NCBI RefSeq assembly: GCF_030028105.1
Contig: NC_092377.1
Location: forward strand, 3,911,079-3,975,078
Direction of reading: 5' to 3'
DNA from: Mobula birostris
Lineage: Eukaryota
DNA: 64,000 nucleotides
The first letter of the stretch is position 1, and each line of letters opens with the position of its first letter. The notes below the pieces were generated by a model that searched no databases, was not told where the DNA came from, and saw only the letters and a program-made list of their open reading frames with translations. This document shows positions 20,763 to 34,974 of the stretch, one piece after another. A program made the position numbers and the translations under genes.

Positions 20763-23700
20763 CAGTGAATTTGGTTTAATTATAACTCATCGGAATCAGT
20801 ACATCTTGCCTCAATTACCGGCTGTCCTAATTAGTTGAAGTTTCATAGAAATTGTTAAAATGGGAAAAAAAGCCAAATTACTATTTAATTATGCAACAAA
20901 TTATGTATCCAAATGAAATGCAGAACAAATTATAACACTACGAATACTACCTCAGTACTATAAAACTGAGTTTTAGTTTCGAGTAGTTATCAGAGGGATT
21001 CATCCAGTGTACACTGCTGTGTTCGTTTCATTGACTGTAAATGAACAATATCAGCACAGTTTTCTAAAAAGACCATTGGATATAGGAGCAGAAACAGGCC
21101 ATTTAAATAGGCTGAATCAATTCTTCCAGTCATCCCCACTCCTCTGCCTTTTCCCCATACCCTTTGATGCCCTGGCTAATCAAGAACCTATCTATCTCTG
21201 CCTTAAATACACCCATTGACTTGGTGTCTACAGCCGCTCGTGGAAACAAATTCCAAAGATTTACCATGCTCTGACTTAAGTACTTTCTCCGCATCTCTCT
21301 TCTAAATGTACATCGTTCAATCCTGAAGTCGTGCCCTCTTGTCCTGGACCCCCTACCATGGGAAATAACTTTGTCATATCTAATTTGTTCAGGCCTTTTA
21401 ACATTCAAAATGTTTCTATGAGATTCCCCCCTCATCCTCCTGAACTTCAGGGAATACAGCCCAAGAGCTGCCAGGCGTTCCTGATAGGGTAACCCTCTCA
21501 TTCCTGGAATCATTCTTGTGAATCTTTCCTGAACCACCTCCAATATCAGTATATCATTCCTAAAATAAGGAGCCCAAACTGCACACATACTCCAAGTGTG
21601 GTCTCATGGGTGCCTTATAGAACCTCAACATCACATCCCTGCTGTTATATTCTATACCTCTAGAAATGAATGCCAGCATTGCATTTGCCAACTTCACCTT
21701 GAACTCAACCTGGAGGTTAACCTTTAGGGTATCCTGCACAAGGACTCCCAAGTCTCTTTGCATCTCTGCATTTTGAAATCTCTCCCCATCTAAAGAATAG
21801 TCTGCCCATTTATTTCTTCCACCAAAGTGCATGACCAATCACTTTCCAGCATTGTATTTCATTTGCCACTTCTTTGCCCATTCCCCTAAACCATCTAAGT
21901 CTCTCTACAAGCTCTCTGTTTCCTCAACACTACCCACTCCTCCACCTATCTTGATATCATTGGCAAATTTAGCCACCAATCCATTCATGCCATAGTGCAA
22001 GTCATTGACATACATCATAAAAAACAGCAATCCCAACGCTGACCCCTTTGCAATTCCACTGGTAACCAGCAGCCAGCCAGAACAGGATCCCTTTATTGCC
22101 ACTCTCTGTTTTCTGCCGATCAGCCAATGCTCCACACATACTAGTAACTTCTCTGTATATTCATGGGATCTTATCTTGCTAAGCAGCCTCATGTGTGGCA
22201 CCTTGTCAAAGGCCTTCTGAAAATCCAAGCACACCACATCCACTGCATCTCCTTTGTCTACCCTGCTTGTAATTTCCTCAAAAAATTGCAGTAGGTTAGT
22301 CAGGCAGGATTTTCCTTTCAGGAAACCATGCTGGCTTTGGCCTATCTTGTCATGTGGCTCCAGGTACTCCATAATCTCATCCCTAACATCCAATTCCAAC
22401 AACCTTCCAACCACTGATGTCAGGCTAACAGGGCTATAGTTTCCTTTCTGCTGCCTCCCACCCTTAAACAGCGGAGTAACATTTGCAATTTTCTAGTCAT
22501 CTGGTACAATGCCAGAATCTCTCAATTCTTGAAAGATCATTGTTAATACTTCCGCGATCTCTTCAGCTACTTCCTTCAGAACCCGGGGGTGCATTCCATC
22601 AGGTCCAGGAGATTTATCCACCCTCAGACCATTAAGCTTCCTGAGCACCTTCTCAGTCATAATTTTCACTGCACATACTTCAGTTCCCTGACACTCTTGA
22701 ATGTCGGGTATACTGTAGATGTCTTTCACTGTAAAGACTGATGCAATATACGCATTCAGTTCCTCTGCCATTTCTGCAACTAACATTACAATATCTCCAG
22801 CATCATTTTGTATTTGTTCTATAACTACACTCAACTCTCTTTTACTCTTTATACACTTAAGAAAAGCACTTAGTATCTTCTTTGATATTGGTCGCCAGCT
22901 TCCTTTCATAATTCATCTTTTCCTTCCTTGCAAGTTTTTAAAAGCATCCCAATCCTTTACCTTCTCATGAGCTTTGGCTTCCTTATATGCCCTCTCTTTT
23001 GCTTTTACTTTGGCTTTGACTTCAATTGTCAGCCGCGGTTGTGTCCTTCTTTCATTCGCAAATTCCTTCTTACTTGGAATATATCTGCCTTGCACTTCCC
23101 TCATTTTTCACAGAAACTCCAGCCATTGCTGCTCTGCTGTCCTTCCTGGTGGTGTCTCTTTTCAGTCAAAGTTGGCCAGTTCCTCTCTCTTGCCATTGTA
23201 ATTTTCCTTATTCCACTCAAATACCGACACATTGTAATTCAGTTTTGCCCTCCCAAATTTCAAAGTGAACTCAATCATATTGTGATCATTATTCCCTAAG
23301 GGTTCCTTAACCTTAAGCTCTCTTTATCACCTCCAAATCGTTGCAAAATACCCAATCCAGCAAAGCCAATCCCCGAGTGGCCTCAACAACAAGCTGTTCT
23401 AAAAATAAATCCCTCAGACATTCTACAAATTCTCTCTTGAGGTCCAGTACTGGCCTAGTTTTCCCAATCCACTTTCATGTTAAGATCCCCTAACGATAAA
23501 CATGACATTGCCCTTCTGACATGCCTTTTCTATCTCCTGCTGTAATTTGTAATCCACATCCTGGCTGCTGTTTGGAGGCCTATATACAACCGCCATTAGG
23601 GTCCTTTTACCCTTGTCATTTCTTAACTCAACCAATACAGACGTGACACCTTCTGATCCTTTGTCTTCCCTTTCTAATGATTTAATATTATCTCTTACGA

Positions 23701-25597
23701 CCCCCTCTGCCTACTAACCTATCTTTCTGATACACCATATATCCTTGGATGTTCAGCTCCCAGTGGCAGCCATCCTTTAGCCAGGTTTCAGAGATGGCCA
23801 TAACGTCATACTGGGCAATCTGTAGCTGAATTTCAAGATCATCCATTTTATTTCTTACGCTGCGTGCATTCAAATATAACACTTTCAGTCCAGTATTTGT
23901 TGTTTTCTGTTTTAACTGTACCACGCCTCTATTGCCCTGTACCTTATACAACTGGCTTTGATTAATTCTCATCTCCTGCCTGTTCTTTGTATCATCTCTG
24001 TTGCATGCTATCTTTGATTTATTTCTGTTTTCCCCTTCCTGAGCTCTGTCACTCTGGTTCCCATCTCCCTGACAAATTAGTTTAAACCCTCCCTAACAGC
24101 TTTATTAAATCTGCCTCTTAGGATATTGGACTCCTTTGGATTCAGGGGTAACCTGTCCTTTTTGTACAAGTTAAGGCCCCAGTGATCCAGGAATCTGAAG
24201 CCCCCCCCCTACACCAGTCTCTCTGCCTCGCATTAATATGCCTGTCATGCTATTCTTGCTCTCGCTGGCACGTGGCACAGGCAGCAATCCTGAGATTACT
24301 ACCCTGGAGGTCCTGCTTTTCAGCTTCCTACCCAACTCCCTGAATTTTCTCTTCAGCACCTTCTCCCTTTTCTACCAATGCCATTGTTACCAACGTGTAC
24401 CAAGACTTCTGGCTATTCACCCTCTCCCTTCAGAATACCCTGGCATCTGGGAGGCAACACACTATGCAGGTATCTCTATCAGGCTGACAGAACATCCTGT
24501 CTGTTCCCCTCACTGTGGAATCCCCTATGACTACCACATTCCTCATCTTCTTATCTCCCTTCTGCACCATGGAATCAGGCTCAGTGCCAGAAACCCAATC
24601 ACTGTGGACGTCCTCTGTCAGGTCAACCCCTCAACAGCATCCAAAACGAAATAACGATTACTGAGGGGATGGCCACAGGGGTGATCTCTACTATCTGAGC
24701 TCTTCCCTTTTCTTTGCTGACGGTCACCCACTTGTCTAACTCCTGGAGCCTTGGAATGACTAACTCCTTGTTGCTTCTATCTCTCTCCTGCTCACTTTCC
24801 CTAATAAGCTGTAGGTCATCAAGCCACAGCTCCAGATCCTTTACATGGTCTCTCAGAAGCTGCATCTCCGTGCACCTGGTGCAGATGTGGCCATCAGGGA
24901 GGCTGGAAGATTCCCACGATTCCCACACCTAACACCCAGAGCAAAATACTAACCCTACAGACATGCTCTCTATTCCTCCAAACTTAATGCAAAGGAAAAA
25001 AAAGTCCACCTATCCACTTACCTCACCGAAACCTGAATGAGCCAAAGCCCTACCACACTGACTCAGACCACTCCATCAATGACTGCTCTGCAAGGCATTG
25101 TCTCCCCTTCATGCCTAAACCTTCCCTGCTCTCCATCACACGATGGTGCTCTGGTTAAAGCCGGTTTCCCGCGAAGCTTTCTTCTGTTACACTTCACTCC
25201 CGGAACTGTGCACCACCTCCTCTCTCGGATCTCTCCAATTCACGATTAATCTGGATAATGGACTGCCTTTCTACAATATTTTTGATTGTTGCACCCCCAA
25301 AGCTCCATTTTCATTGAAAGATTCAAGATGATTGTCAATTCCTTTCACAAAACTGATGCTATTTTAAAGCTATTCTTTTGAAGCACACTATCGTGTCTAA
25401 CAGGCACCCAAGCACACGCGATTGAGGCCGGTTAGAAACTGCTCAGCAACAAACTCTTGTCTTAATTAAGTGGCCTCATGTCCCAAACAAATTAAGAGAA
25501 TATTAGCTATTTTCTCAATAGATTTTGTTCTTTAAGTGTTGTTCCAAACAAGCGGCTCTCCCATTTATCAGATGGCCCAATTAACCAGAATCCACTG
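20763..25597. mobile_element. Tc1/mariner-pogo (Tigger-like) non-autonomous DNA transposon split by a CR1
   Basis: TA|CAGTGAATTTGGTTTAATT at 20761 and AATTAACCAGAATCCACTG|TA at 25597 are imperfect TIRs with TA duplications. The internal sequence is interrupted at about 21061-25254. Confidence 0.7.
21061..25254 (-). mobile_element. Near full-length decayed CR1 (esterase-type ORF1 plus APE-RT ORF2)
   Basis: ORF1 Cys motif (HICTRC) and RTSRVVISGLLPVPR; ORF2 YLNARSVRNK, SPGPDGMHP, DFQKAFDKVPH. Many stops and frameshifts. Confidence 0.9.
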
Positions 25598-25779
25598 TAT
25601 TTATCTATTTATAATTATGTGGTTCTTTTTGTTTGTGTGTGTGGGTTTTCACTGATTTTATTGTATTTCTTTGTTCTTCTGTGAATGCCTGGAAGAAAAT
25701 GAATCTTAGGGTTGTACATAGTGACATAGAAGTACTTTGATGATAAATTTACTTTGATATTTGTCTGTGTAAGTTGAGA

Positions 25780-26170
25780 GATTTTGTTGCAGTGGCACAA
25801 GTCACTGCTGAGGCCACACACTGGAGCACCTGTCATGGTTTGGAGGCTTGCGTGCTTCAATGACCCAGAGAACTATGTTGGCTGGAGTCAGAGCTTTATG
25901 CTTTGCCTCTTGGTAGGGTCACACGTGGCAAACAGGTCAAAGGGTAGAGGCCAGACTAAGAGTGGTCTCCTGGTCCTCCAGGTTCAGAGGTTCAGCTCGG
26001 AGCTAACAACCCCGACTGGTAAAGCAAAATCGTTACAGAAAAAGCAATGATGAATCCTTCTATATCCATGTGCAATGGTATGGACAGTCAGAGATGGAGC
26101 ATCTTCATTGCTGCCATAAATGCCAGTGATGTAACAGGAAATAAGTAAGTCGTGGACACAACTCATAAAA
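25780..26170 (+). mobile_element. RTE-clade LINE 5' fragment (probable)
   Basis: ggaggcttgcgtgcttcaatgacccagag...gagctaacaacccc...gtaaa resembles RTE 5' regions. Recognised from memory, not by search. Confidence 0.4.
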
Positions 26171-26179
26171 CCCGAAGAC

Positions 26180-28070
26180 CAGAAGACATAGGAGCAGAAT
26201 TAGGACATGACTGATTCTTTTTTCCCACCCCTCAGCCCTATTCCCTGCTGCTCCCCGGGCTTCTCCGCGTAACCTTTGATGCCACGACCAATCAAGAACC
26301 TATCAATCTCTGTCTTAAATACACCCCAGCAACCTGGCGTCCACAGCTGCCTGTGGTAATAAATTCCACAAATTCACCACCCTCTGGCCAAAGAAATTTC
26401 TATGCACACCTGTTTTAAATGGATGCATGACTTTCCTAAGGCTGTGCCCTCTTCTCCTTGACTCCCCCAGCATGGGAGGTATCCTTTCCACATCTACTCT
26501 GTTTAGGCCTTTCAACATTCAAAAGGTTTCAATGAGATCCCCCCTCATCCTTCTGAATTCCAGTGAGTACAAACCCAAAGCTATCAAATGTTCCTTGTGT
26601 GATAATCCTTCTGAACCTCCTCTGCACCCTCTCTGATGCCAGAACATCTTTTCTTAGAGGAACAGCCCAAAGCAGTTCACGAAACTCAAGAGGAGTCCTC
26701 ACCAGTGCTGTTTCAAGCCTCAGCACCCCATCCCTGCTCTTGTATTCTGCATCTCTTGAAATGAATGTGAACCTGCAAATTAGCCTTCAGAGAATCCTGT
26801 GCAAGGACAGCCAAATCTCTTTGCACCCTAGATTTTTGAATTTTGTCCCTATTTAGCAAATAGTCGACAGTTTTATGTCATGTACCAAAGTACGTGACCA
26901 TATACTTCCCAACACCGTCTACCATCCATCAATTCTTTCCTATTCTGCTAACTTGTTTAAGTCCTTCTGTTGTCTCTCTACTGCCTCAACCTTCTCAGCC
27001 CCTCCACCTAACTTTGTATCTTCTGTAAACTTGACCACAAAGTTATCAATTTCATCATCCAATTTGTTAACATACAACATAAAAATAAGTCGTACCAATG
27101 GAGATTGCTGTGGAATATCTGAAGTCACTGTAGCCAATCTAAAAAGGATCCCATTATTCCCACTCTATGCCTCCTACCGATCAGCCATGCTAGTATCTTT
27201 CCTGTAATACCCTGGGCTATTATCTTGTTCAGCAGCCTCATGTGCAGCAGATTGTCAAAGGCCTTCTAAAAATCCAAGTTCACATCATCCATCAATTCTC
27301 CTTTGTCTATCCTGTTTGACATTTCTTTTAAAATGTCCAACAGACTTCTCAAGCAAGGTATTCCCTAAAGGAAACCATGCTGACCTTGAGGTATTTTGTC
27401 ATGTGTCCTGACACCACATCCTTAACAATTGACTATAACACTTCACTATAACAGTGAGGTCAGGCTAATTGGCCGATAGTTTATTTTCTCATTTCTCTCC
27501 CTTCTTGAAGAGTGAAGTGACAATTGGAATTTTCCAGTCCTCTGGAACCATTCCAGATACTTCAGACATCATAAAGCTTGTGCAGGTGAGGTCTGGAGGT
27601 TTCTTAGGATTCCCACATCCCACAAACACAAAAAACGCAGCCCCAGGAGCCATTCTTACTGCCCTAATTATACACTATCAAATGAAGAATGAGCATCAAA
27701 AAGCTTACCAGATACTTACGTTGGCCATAACTGTTGCTGCCCGAGCCTGTTTGGCCAAAGCAAAAAGTCTCCCCTCTTTATCGCTGACCTGCTCCGACAA
27801 TGCCTATTCCATTTTCTCTTGCCTGTTTATTCAATCTTACCAATAAATCCCAAGCTCCAATTTGTCGCTGTTTAAGCTCTGATGAAACGGCTACAAAGCA
27901 CTCATTTATTAACGCTCCCTTGACCTAAGTAAAGTCACCATTTCTTTTTGCCCCTCAACTCTGACTGGCCACTGTGCAAACTCTGAAAAAAGCAGCTACA
28001 AAGTGCTGATTTTAAAGCTCCCTCCTCGATCTGTGTGAAGTCACTTTTATTATACTCCATAAGACCAAAA
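26180..28070 (-). mobile_element. Decayed, internally deleted CR1
   Basis: 3'UTR, RT motifs (KFTEDTKLGG) and 5'-like sequence, all in antisense. Confidence 0.75.
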
Positions 28071-28342
28071 CACCATAAGAGATAGGAGCAGAATTAAGCA
28101 ATTTGGCCCATCGAGTCTGCTGTGACATTTCATCATGGCTGATCCACATTCCCTCTCAGGCCCAATCTCCAGCCTTTTCCCCGTATCCCTTCCTGCACTG
28201 ACTAATCAAGAAACTATCTACCTCTGCTTTAAAAATACCCAATGACAGCCTCTAAGCTCCCAGTGGCAAAGGATACCACAGATTCACCACTCACTGGCTA
28301 AAGAAATTCCCCCTCATCTCTGTTCTTAAAGGATGCCCCTCT

Positions 28343-29625
28343 ATGGGAAAGCTGTTGGAAAAGATTCTTAGAGATAGGATCTCTGGGCATTTAGAGAATC
28401 ATGGTCTGATCAGGGACAGTCAGCATGGCTTTGTGAAGGGCAGATCGTGTCTAACGAGCCCGATAGAGTTCTTTGAGGAGGTGACCAGGCATATAGATGA
28501 GGGTAGTGCAGTGGATGTGATCTATATGGATTTTAGTAAGGCATTTGACAAGGTTCCACATGGTAGACTTATTCAGAAAGTTAGAAGGCATGGGATCCAG
28601 GGAAATTTGGCCAGGTGGATTCAGAATTGGCTTGCCTGCAGAAGGCAGAGGGTGGTGGTGGAGGGAGTACATTCAGTTTGGAGGATTGTGGCTAGTGGTG
28701 TCCCACAAGGATCTGTTCTGGGACTTCTACTTTTCGTGATTTTTATTAACGACCTGAATGTGGGGGTAGAAGGGTGGGTTAGCAAGTTTGCAGACGACAC
28801 AAAGATTGGTGGTGTTGTAGATAGTGTAGAGGATTGTCAAAGATTGCAGAGAGACATTGATAGGATGCAGAGGTGGGCTGAGAAGTGGCAGATGGAGTTC
28901 AACCTGGAGAAGTGTGAGGTGGTACACTTTGGAAGGACAAACTCCAAGGCAGAGTACAAAGTAAATGGCAGGATACTTGGTAGTGTAGAGGAGCAGAGGG
29001 ATCTGGGGGTACATGTCCACAGATCCCTGAAAGTTGCCTCACAGGTGGATAGGGTAGTTAAGAAAGCTTTTGGGGTGTTAGCTTTCATAAGTCGAGGGAT
29101 AGACTTTAAGAGTTGCGATGTAATGATGCAGCTCTATAAAACTCTGGTTAGGCCACACTTGGAGTACTGTGTCCAGTTCTGATCACCTCATTATAGGAAG
29201 GATGTGGAAGCATTGGAAAGGGTACAGAGGATATTTACCAGGATGCTGCCTGGTTTAAGAGTATGCATTATGATCAGAGATTAAGGGAGCTAGGGCTTTA
29301 CTCTTTGGAGAGAAGCAGGATGAGAGGAGACATGATAGAGGTGTACAAGATAATAAGAGGAATAGATAGAGTGGATAACTAGCGCCTCTTCCCCAGGGCA
29401 CCACTGCTCAATACAAGAGGACATGGCTTTAAGGTAAGGGGTGGGAAGTTCAAGGGGGATATTAGAGGAAGGTTTTTTACTCAGAGAGTGGTTGGTGTGT
29501 GGAATGCACTGCCTGAGTCAGTGGTGGAGGCAGATACACTAGTGAAGTTTAAGAGACTACTGGACAGGTATATGGAGGAGTTTAAAGTGGGGGCTTATAT
29601 GGGAGGCAGGGTTTGAGGGTCGGCA
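28343..29625 (+). mobile_element. 5'-truncated young CR1 RT copy nested in an antisense CR1 3' end
   Basis: 279-aa open RT segment (YMDFSKAFDKVPH, FADDTK) and TTCTATG tail at about 29607-29620. The host CR1 continues on both sides. Confidence 0.9.
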
Positions 29626-29964
29626 CAACATGTATTGTGTTGTACTATTCTATGTTCTATGTTATTCTGAAGCTGTGTCCTCTAGCTTAAGAATCCCATA
29701 GTTTAGAAAGCGTCCTCTCCACATCCACTCTGTCAAGGCCTTTCAACATTCGATAGGTTTCAATAAGGTGACCCGTCCTTCTTCTGAACTCCAATGGATA
29801 CAGGCCGAGAGCAATCAAATGCTCTTCACATGACAAGCCATTCAATTCTAGAATAAACCTTGTGAACCACCTTTGAGACCTCTCTCTCGAATGTCACCAC
29901 ATAATTTCTTAGCTAAGGGGACTAAAGCTGCAATACTCCAAGTGAGTCCTCACCAGTGAACGTA

Positions 29965-32900
29965 GAACATAGAACGTGGAAATTTACAGCAAGTCACAGG
30001 CCCTTCGGCCCACAATGTTGTGCCAACCATGTAAACCACTCTAGAAACTGCCAAGAATTTCCCTACCACATAACCCTTTATTTTTCTAAGCTCCATGTAC
30101 CTATTTTAGAGGCTCTTTAAAGACCCTATTGTATCCACCTCTACCACTGCTGCTGGCAGGGCATTCCACACACCCACCACTCTCTGTGTGAAAAACTTCC
30201 CCCTGAATTCCCCTCAGTACCTATTTCCAAGCACAATAAAACTAAGCCCCCTTGTGTTAGCCATTTCAGCCCTGGGAAAAAGCCTCTGACTATCCACACG
30301 ATCAATGCCTCTCATCATCTGATACACATCTATCAGGTCACCTCTCATCCTCTGTCACTCCAAGGAGAAAAGGCCAAGTTCACACACCTGTTCTCATAAG
30401 GTATGCCCTCCAATCCAGGCAACATCCTTGTAAGTCTCCTCTGCACCCTTTCGATAGTTTCCACATCCTTCCCATAATGAGGCGGCCAGGACTGAACACA
30501 GTACTCCAAATGGAGTCTGACCAAGGTCCTATATAGCTGTAACATTACCTCTCGGCTCTTGAACTCAATCCCGTGGTTGATGAATGCCAACACACCATAG
30601 GCTTTCTTAACAACACTGTCAACCTGCACAGCTGCTTTGTGTGTCCTATCAACATGCACCCCAAGATCTCCCAGATCCTCCACACTGCCAAGAGTCTTAC
30701 TATTTATATTATATTCTGTCTTCAAATTGTACCTACCAAAATGAACCACTTCATATTTACCTGGGTTGAAGTCCATCTGCTACTTCTCAGCCCAGTTCTG
30801 CATCCTATCGATGTCTCACTGTTACGGCTGACAACCCTCCAGACTATCCACAGCACCCCCAACCTTTGTGTCATCAGTAAACTTACTAACCTACCCTTCT
30901 ACTTCTTCATCCATGTCATTTATGAAAATCACACAAAGGAGGGGTCCCAGAACTGATCCCTGCTCAACGACCTCCATGCAGAATATGAACCATCTACAGC
31001 CTCCCTTTGCTTTCTTTTGGCAAGCAAATTCTGGATCCACCAAGCAAGGTCTCTTTGGATCCCATGCCTCCTTACTTTCTGAAGGAGTCTTGCATGGGGA
31101 ACCTTATTAACTGCCTTACTGAAACCCATATACACGACATCCACTGCTCTACCTTCAATGTGTAATTTTACATCCTCAAAGTATTCAATCAGGCTTGTTA
31201 GGTACAACCTGCCCTTGATAAAGCCATGCTGACTATCCCTAATCGTCTCTCCAAATGCTTATAAATCCTGCATCTCAGGATCTTCTCCAACAGCTTGTCC
31301 ACCGCTGAAGTCAGACTTACTGGCCTATAAATTCCAGGGTTATCTCGAACAAGGGACAGCATTTGCAACCCTCCAGCTCTCCGGTACTTCTCCCGTCCAT
31401 ATTGATGACGCAAAGATCATCGCAAGGGGCTCAGAAATCTCCTCCCTCACTTCCCACTGTAGCCTGGGTTATATCTCATCTGGTCCAGGTGTCTTATCCA
31501 ACTTAATGCTTTTCAAAAGCTCCATCTTTCTTAATGTCTATATGTTCAAGCACTTCAGTCTACTGCAAGTCATCCCCTCAATGGCCAAGGTCCTTTTCCC
31601 TGGTGAATACTGAAGCAAAGTATTCATTAAGTACCTCCGCTACCTCCTCCAACTCCATGCACACGTTTCCACTATTGGTCCTGATTGTTCCTTTTCTCAC
31701 ACAGCTCATCCTTTTGCTTTTCATATGCTTGTGGAATGCCTTGGGGTTTTCCTTAATCCTGCTCACCAAGACCTTCTCATGGCCTCTTTTGGCTCTCCTA
31801 ACTTCATTCTTAAGCTGCTCCCTGGCAACCATGCAATTTTCGAGAGCTCTAACAGTACCTGGTTTCTTCAACATTTCATACACTTCTCTTTTCTTCTTTA
31901 CTAGATTTTCTACATACTTTGTAAACCACGGTTCTTTAATTCTACCATCCTTTCCCTGCGTCAATGGGACATACCTATGCAGAACTCCATGCAAATGTTC
32001 CCTGAACATTTGCCACATTTCTGCCGTGTATTTCCCTGAGAACATTTGCTCTCAAGTTCATGCCAAATAGCATCATATTTCCCCCTACCTCAATTAAATG
32101 TTTTCCCAAATTGTCTGCTCCAATTCCTCTGCAGCACTATGGTGAAGCAGATAGAGTTGTGGTCACTACCTCCAAAATATTCTTCCACTGAGAGATCTAA
32201 CACCTGACCAGGTTCCTTTCTCAATACCAGATCAAGTACAAACACTTCTCCAGTTGGCTTATCTAGATATTACTTCAGGAATCCTTCCTGAACACCCCAC
32301 ATCTAAATCTCTTGCTAAGGAGATGCCAATCAATATCAGGAAAGTTAAAATCTCCCATCACAACAACCCTATTATTATTGCAACAGTCCAGAATATGCCT
32401 CCTTATCTGCTCAATATCCCTGTTCCTACTGGGGGTTCTATAAAATACCAGTAAAGTTATTGCCCCTTTCCTGTTTCTGACTTCCACCCACACTGACTCA
32501 GTAGACCATCCCTCCATGACTTCCTCCTTTACTGCAGCCATGACACCATCCCTAATTAACAATGCCACATCTCCACCTCTTTTGCCTCCCTCACTATCCT
32601 TTTGAAACATCTAAAGCCTGCACACTCAGCAACCATTCCTGCTCCTGAGACATCCGAGTCTCTTTAATGGCCACAACGTCATGGATCCACGCTCTAAGTT
32701 CATCCATCTTGTTTATGATTTTCCTTGCCTTAAATAGACACATTTCAAACCATCAGGCTAAGTGCATCTTTGCTCTAACTTCTGCTTTTCCTTCCTCACA
32801 AACTCCCCACACGCTGTCTCTAGTTGTGCTTCAACCTCCCAGTCCTCTCCCTCTTCACTTCAGTTCCCATCCCCGACAGATCTAGTTTAAACCCTCCCCT

Positions 32901-33990
32901 ATAGCATTAGCAAACCTACCCACCAGGATATTGGTCCCCGTTGGATTCAAGTGCAACCCGTCCTAGTTGTACAGGTTATACCTGCCTCAGGAGAGGTCGC
33001 AATGATCTAAAAATCTGAATCCCTGCCCCCTGCTCCAATCCCTCAGCCACACATTTATCCTCCACCTCATTCTATTCCATACTGCTTCATGGCACAGGCA
33101 GCAATCCAGAGATTACTACCTTTGAGGTCCTGCTTCTCAGCTTCCTTCCTAGCTCCCTGTATTCTGCTTTCAGGACCTCCACCCTTCTTCTACCAATGTC
33201 ATTGGTACCATATGTACCACGATCTCTGGCTGCTCACCCTCCCATTTCAGGATATTGTAGACACGCTCAGAAACATCATGAACCCTGGCACCTGGGAGGC
33301 AAACTACCATCCTTGTTTCTTTTTCACATCCGCAGAATCGCCTTCCTGCCCCACTAACAACAGAATCCCCTGTTACCACTGCCCTCCTCTTCCATTCCCT
33401 ACCCTTCTGAGCCACAGGGCCAGACTCAGAGCCACTATTGTTTCCCCCAGGTAGGTCATCCCCCCCCAACTGCACTCAAAGTGGAGTACTTATTGTTAAC
33501 TGTTACAGCCACAGGGGTGCTCTCCACTATCTGATGCCCTCCCTTCCCTCTCCTGACGGTCACCCACTTATCTGTCTTCTCTGGCACCAGGGTGTCGACC
33601 TGCCTGTAGCTCCCGTCTATCACCTCCTCACTCTCCCTAACACGCCAAAGGTCATCAAGCTGCAGCTCCAGTTCCCTATCTCATTCTCTACGGAGCTGCA
33701 GCTGGAAGCACCTGGCACAGTAGTGACCATCGGGGAGGCTGGAAGCCTCCCAGATAGTCCACATCTGACATCCAGAACAGAAAAATGGACTCACAGTCAT
33801 ACCCACTATTCAAGTGCTCTGAGCTCCGTGAAACAATCCTTTTATAAACTTTCCCCCCCCGACCTGTGTGAAGCTTTTCCTCTCTTCGAATCAATTGGTC
33901 TGCCGATAATGCGCCGAGCCCCGCAAAATACTCCCTTTTCAAACTTTCTCTCCTACCTGTGTGAAGCTCTCTCTCTTTGAATTGATGCTG
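29965..33990 (-). mobile_element. Near full-length decayed CR1
   Basis: ORF1 (GDSVVSG, VVCLPGARV), APE (VMGDFNFP) and RT C-terminus in the ORF track; tail near 29965. Confidence 0.9.
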
Positions 33991-34252
33991 GAAATCCAAG
34001 TAACACACACAAAATTCTGGAGGAACTCAGCAGGTCAGCTAACATCTATGGAAAAGAGTGAACTGAAGTGATGATGAAGGGTCCCTGCTCAAAACATCGA
34101 CTGTTTACCCTTTTCCATAGATGCTGCCGGCTTGCTGAATTCCTCCAGTATCTTGAGTGTCTTCCTTGCTTTTATTTTCTCATCCTCTTGAAATGAATGC
34201 CAGCATTGCATTTTCCTTCCTCACCACAGACTCAACCTGTAAATTAACCTTA

Positions 34253-34972
34253 GAAGACCTGGGTGTCATTATACACCAGTCATTGAAAGTGGGCATGCAG
34301 GTAGAGCAGGCGGTGAAAAAGGCGAATGGTATGCTGGCATTTATAGCGAGAGGATTTGAGTACAGGAGCAGGGAGGTACTACTGCAGTTGTACAAGGCCT
34401 TGGTGAGACCACACCTGGAGTATTGTGTGCAGTTTTGGTCCCCTAATCTGAGGAAAGACATCCTTGCCATAGAGGGAGTACAGAGAAGGTTCACCAGATT
34501 GATTCCTGGGATGGCAGGACTTTCATATGAAGAAAGACTGGATGAACTGGGCTTGTACTGGTTGGAATTTAGAAGATTGAGGGGGGATCTGATTGAAACG
34601 TATAAGATCCTAAAGGGATTGGACAGACTAGATGCAGGAAGATTGTTCCCGATGTTGGGGAAGTCCAGAACGAGGGGTCACAGTTTGAGGATAGAGGGGA
34701 AGCCTTTTAGGACCGAGATTAGGAAAAACTTCTTCACACAGAGAGTGGTGAATCTGTGGAATTCTCTGCCACAGGAAACAGTTGAGGCCAGTTCATTGGC
34801 TATATTTAAGAGGGAGTTAGATATGGCCCTTGTGGCTACGGGGGTCAGGGGGTATGGAGGGAAGGCTGGTGCAGGGTTCTGAGTTGGATGATCAGCCATG
34901 ATCATAATAAATGGCGGTGCAGGCTCGAAGGGCCGAATGGCCTACTCCTGCATCTATTTTCTATGTTTCTAA
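34253..34972 (+). mobile_element. 5'-truncated CR1 3' copy nested in an antisense CR1
   Basis: Open RT C-terminal ORF ending at 34882, 3'UTR hairpin region and TTTCTATG tail. Confidence 0.88.
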
Positions 34973-34974
34973 GA

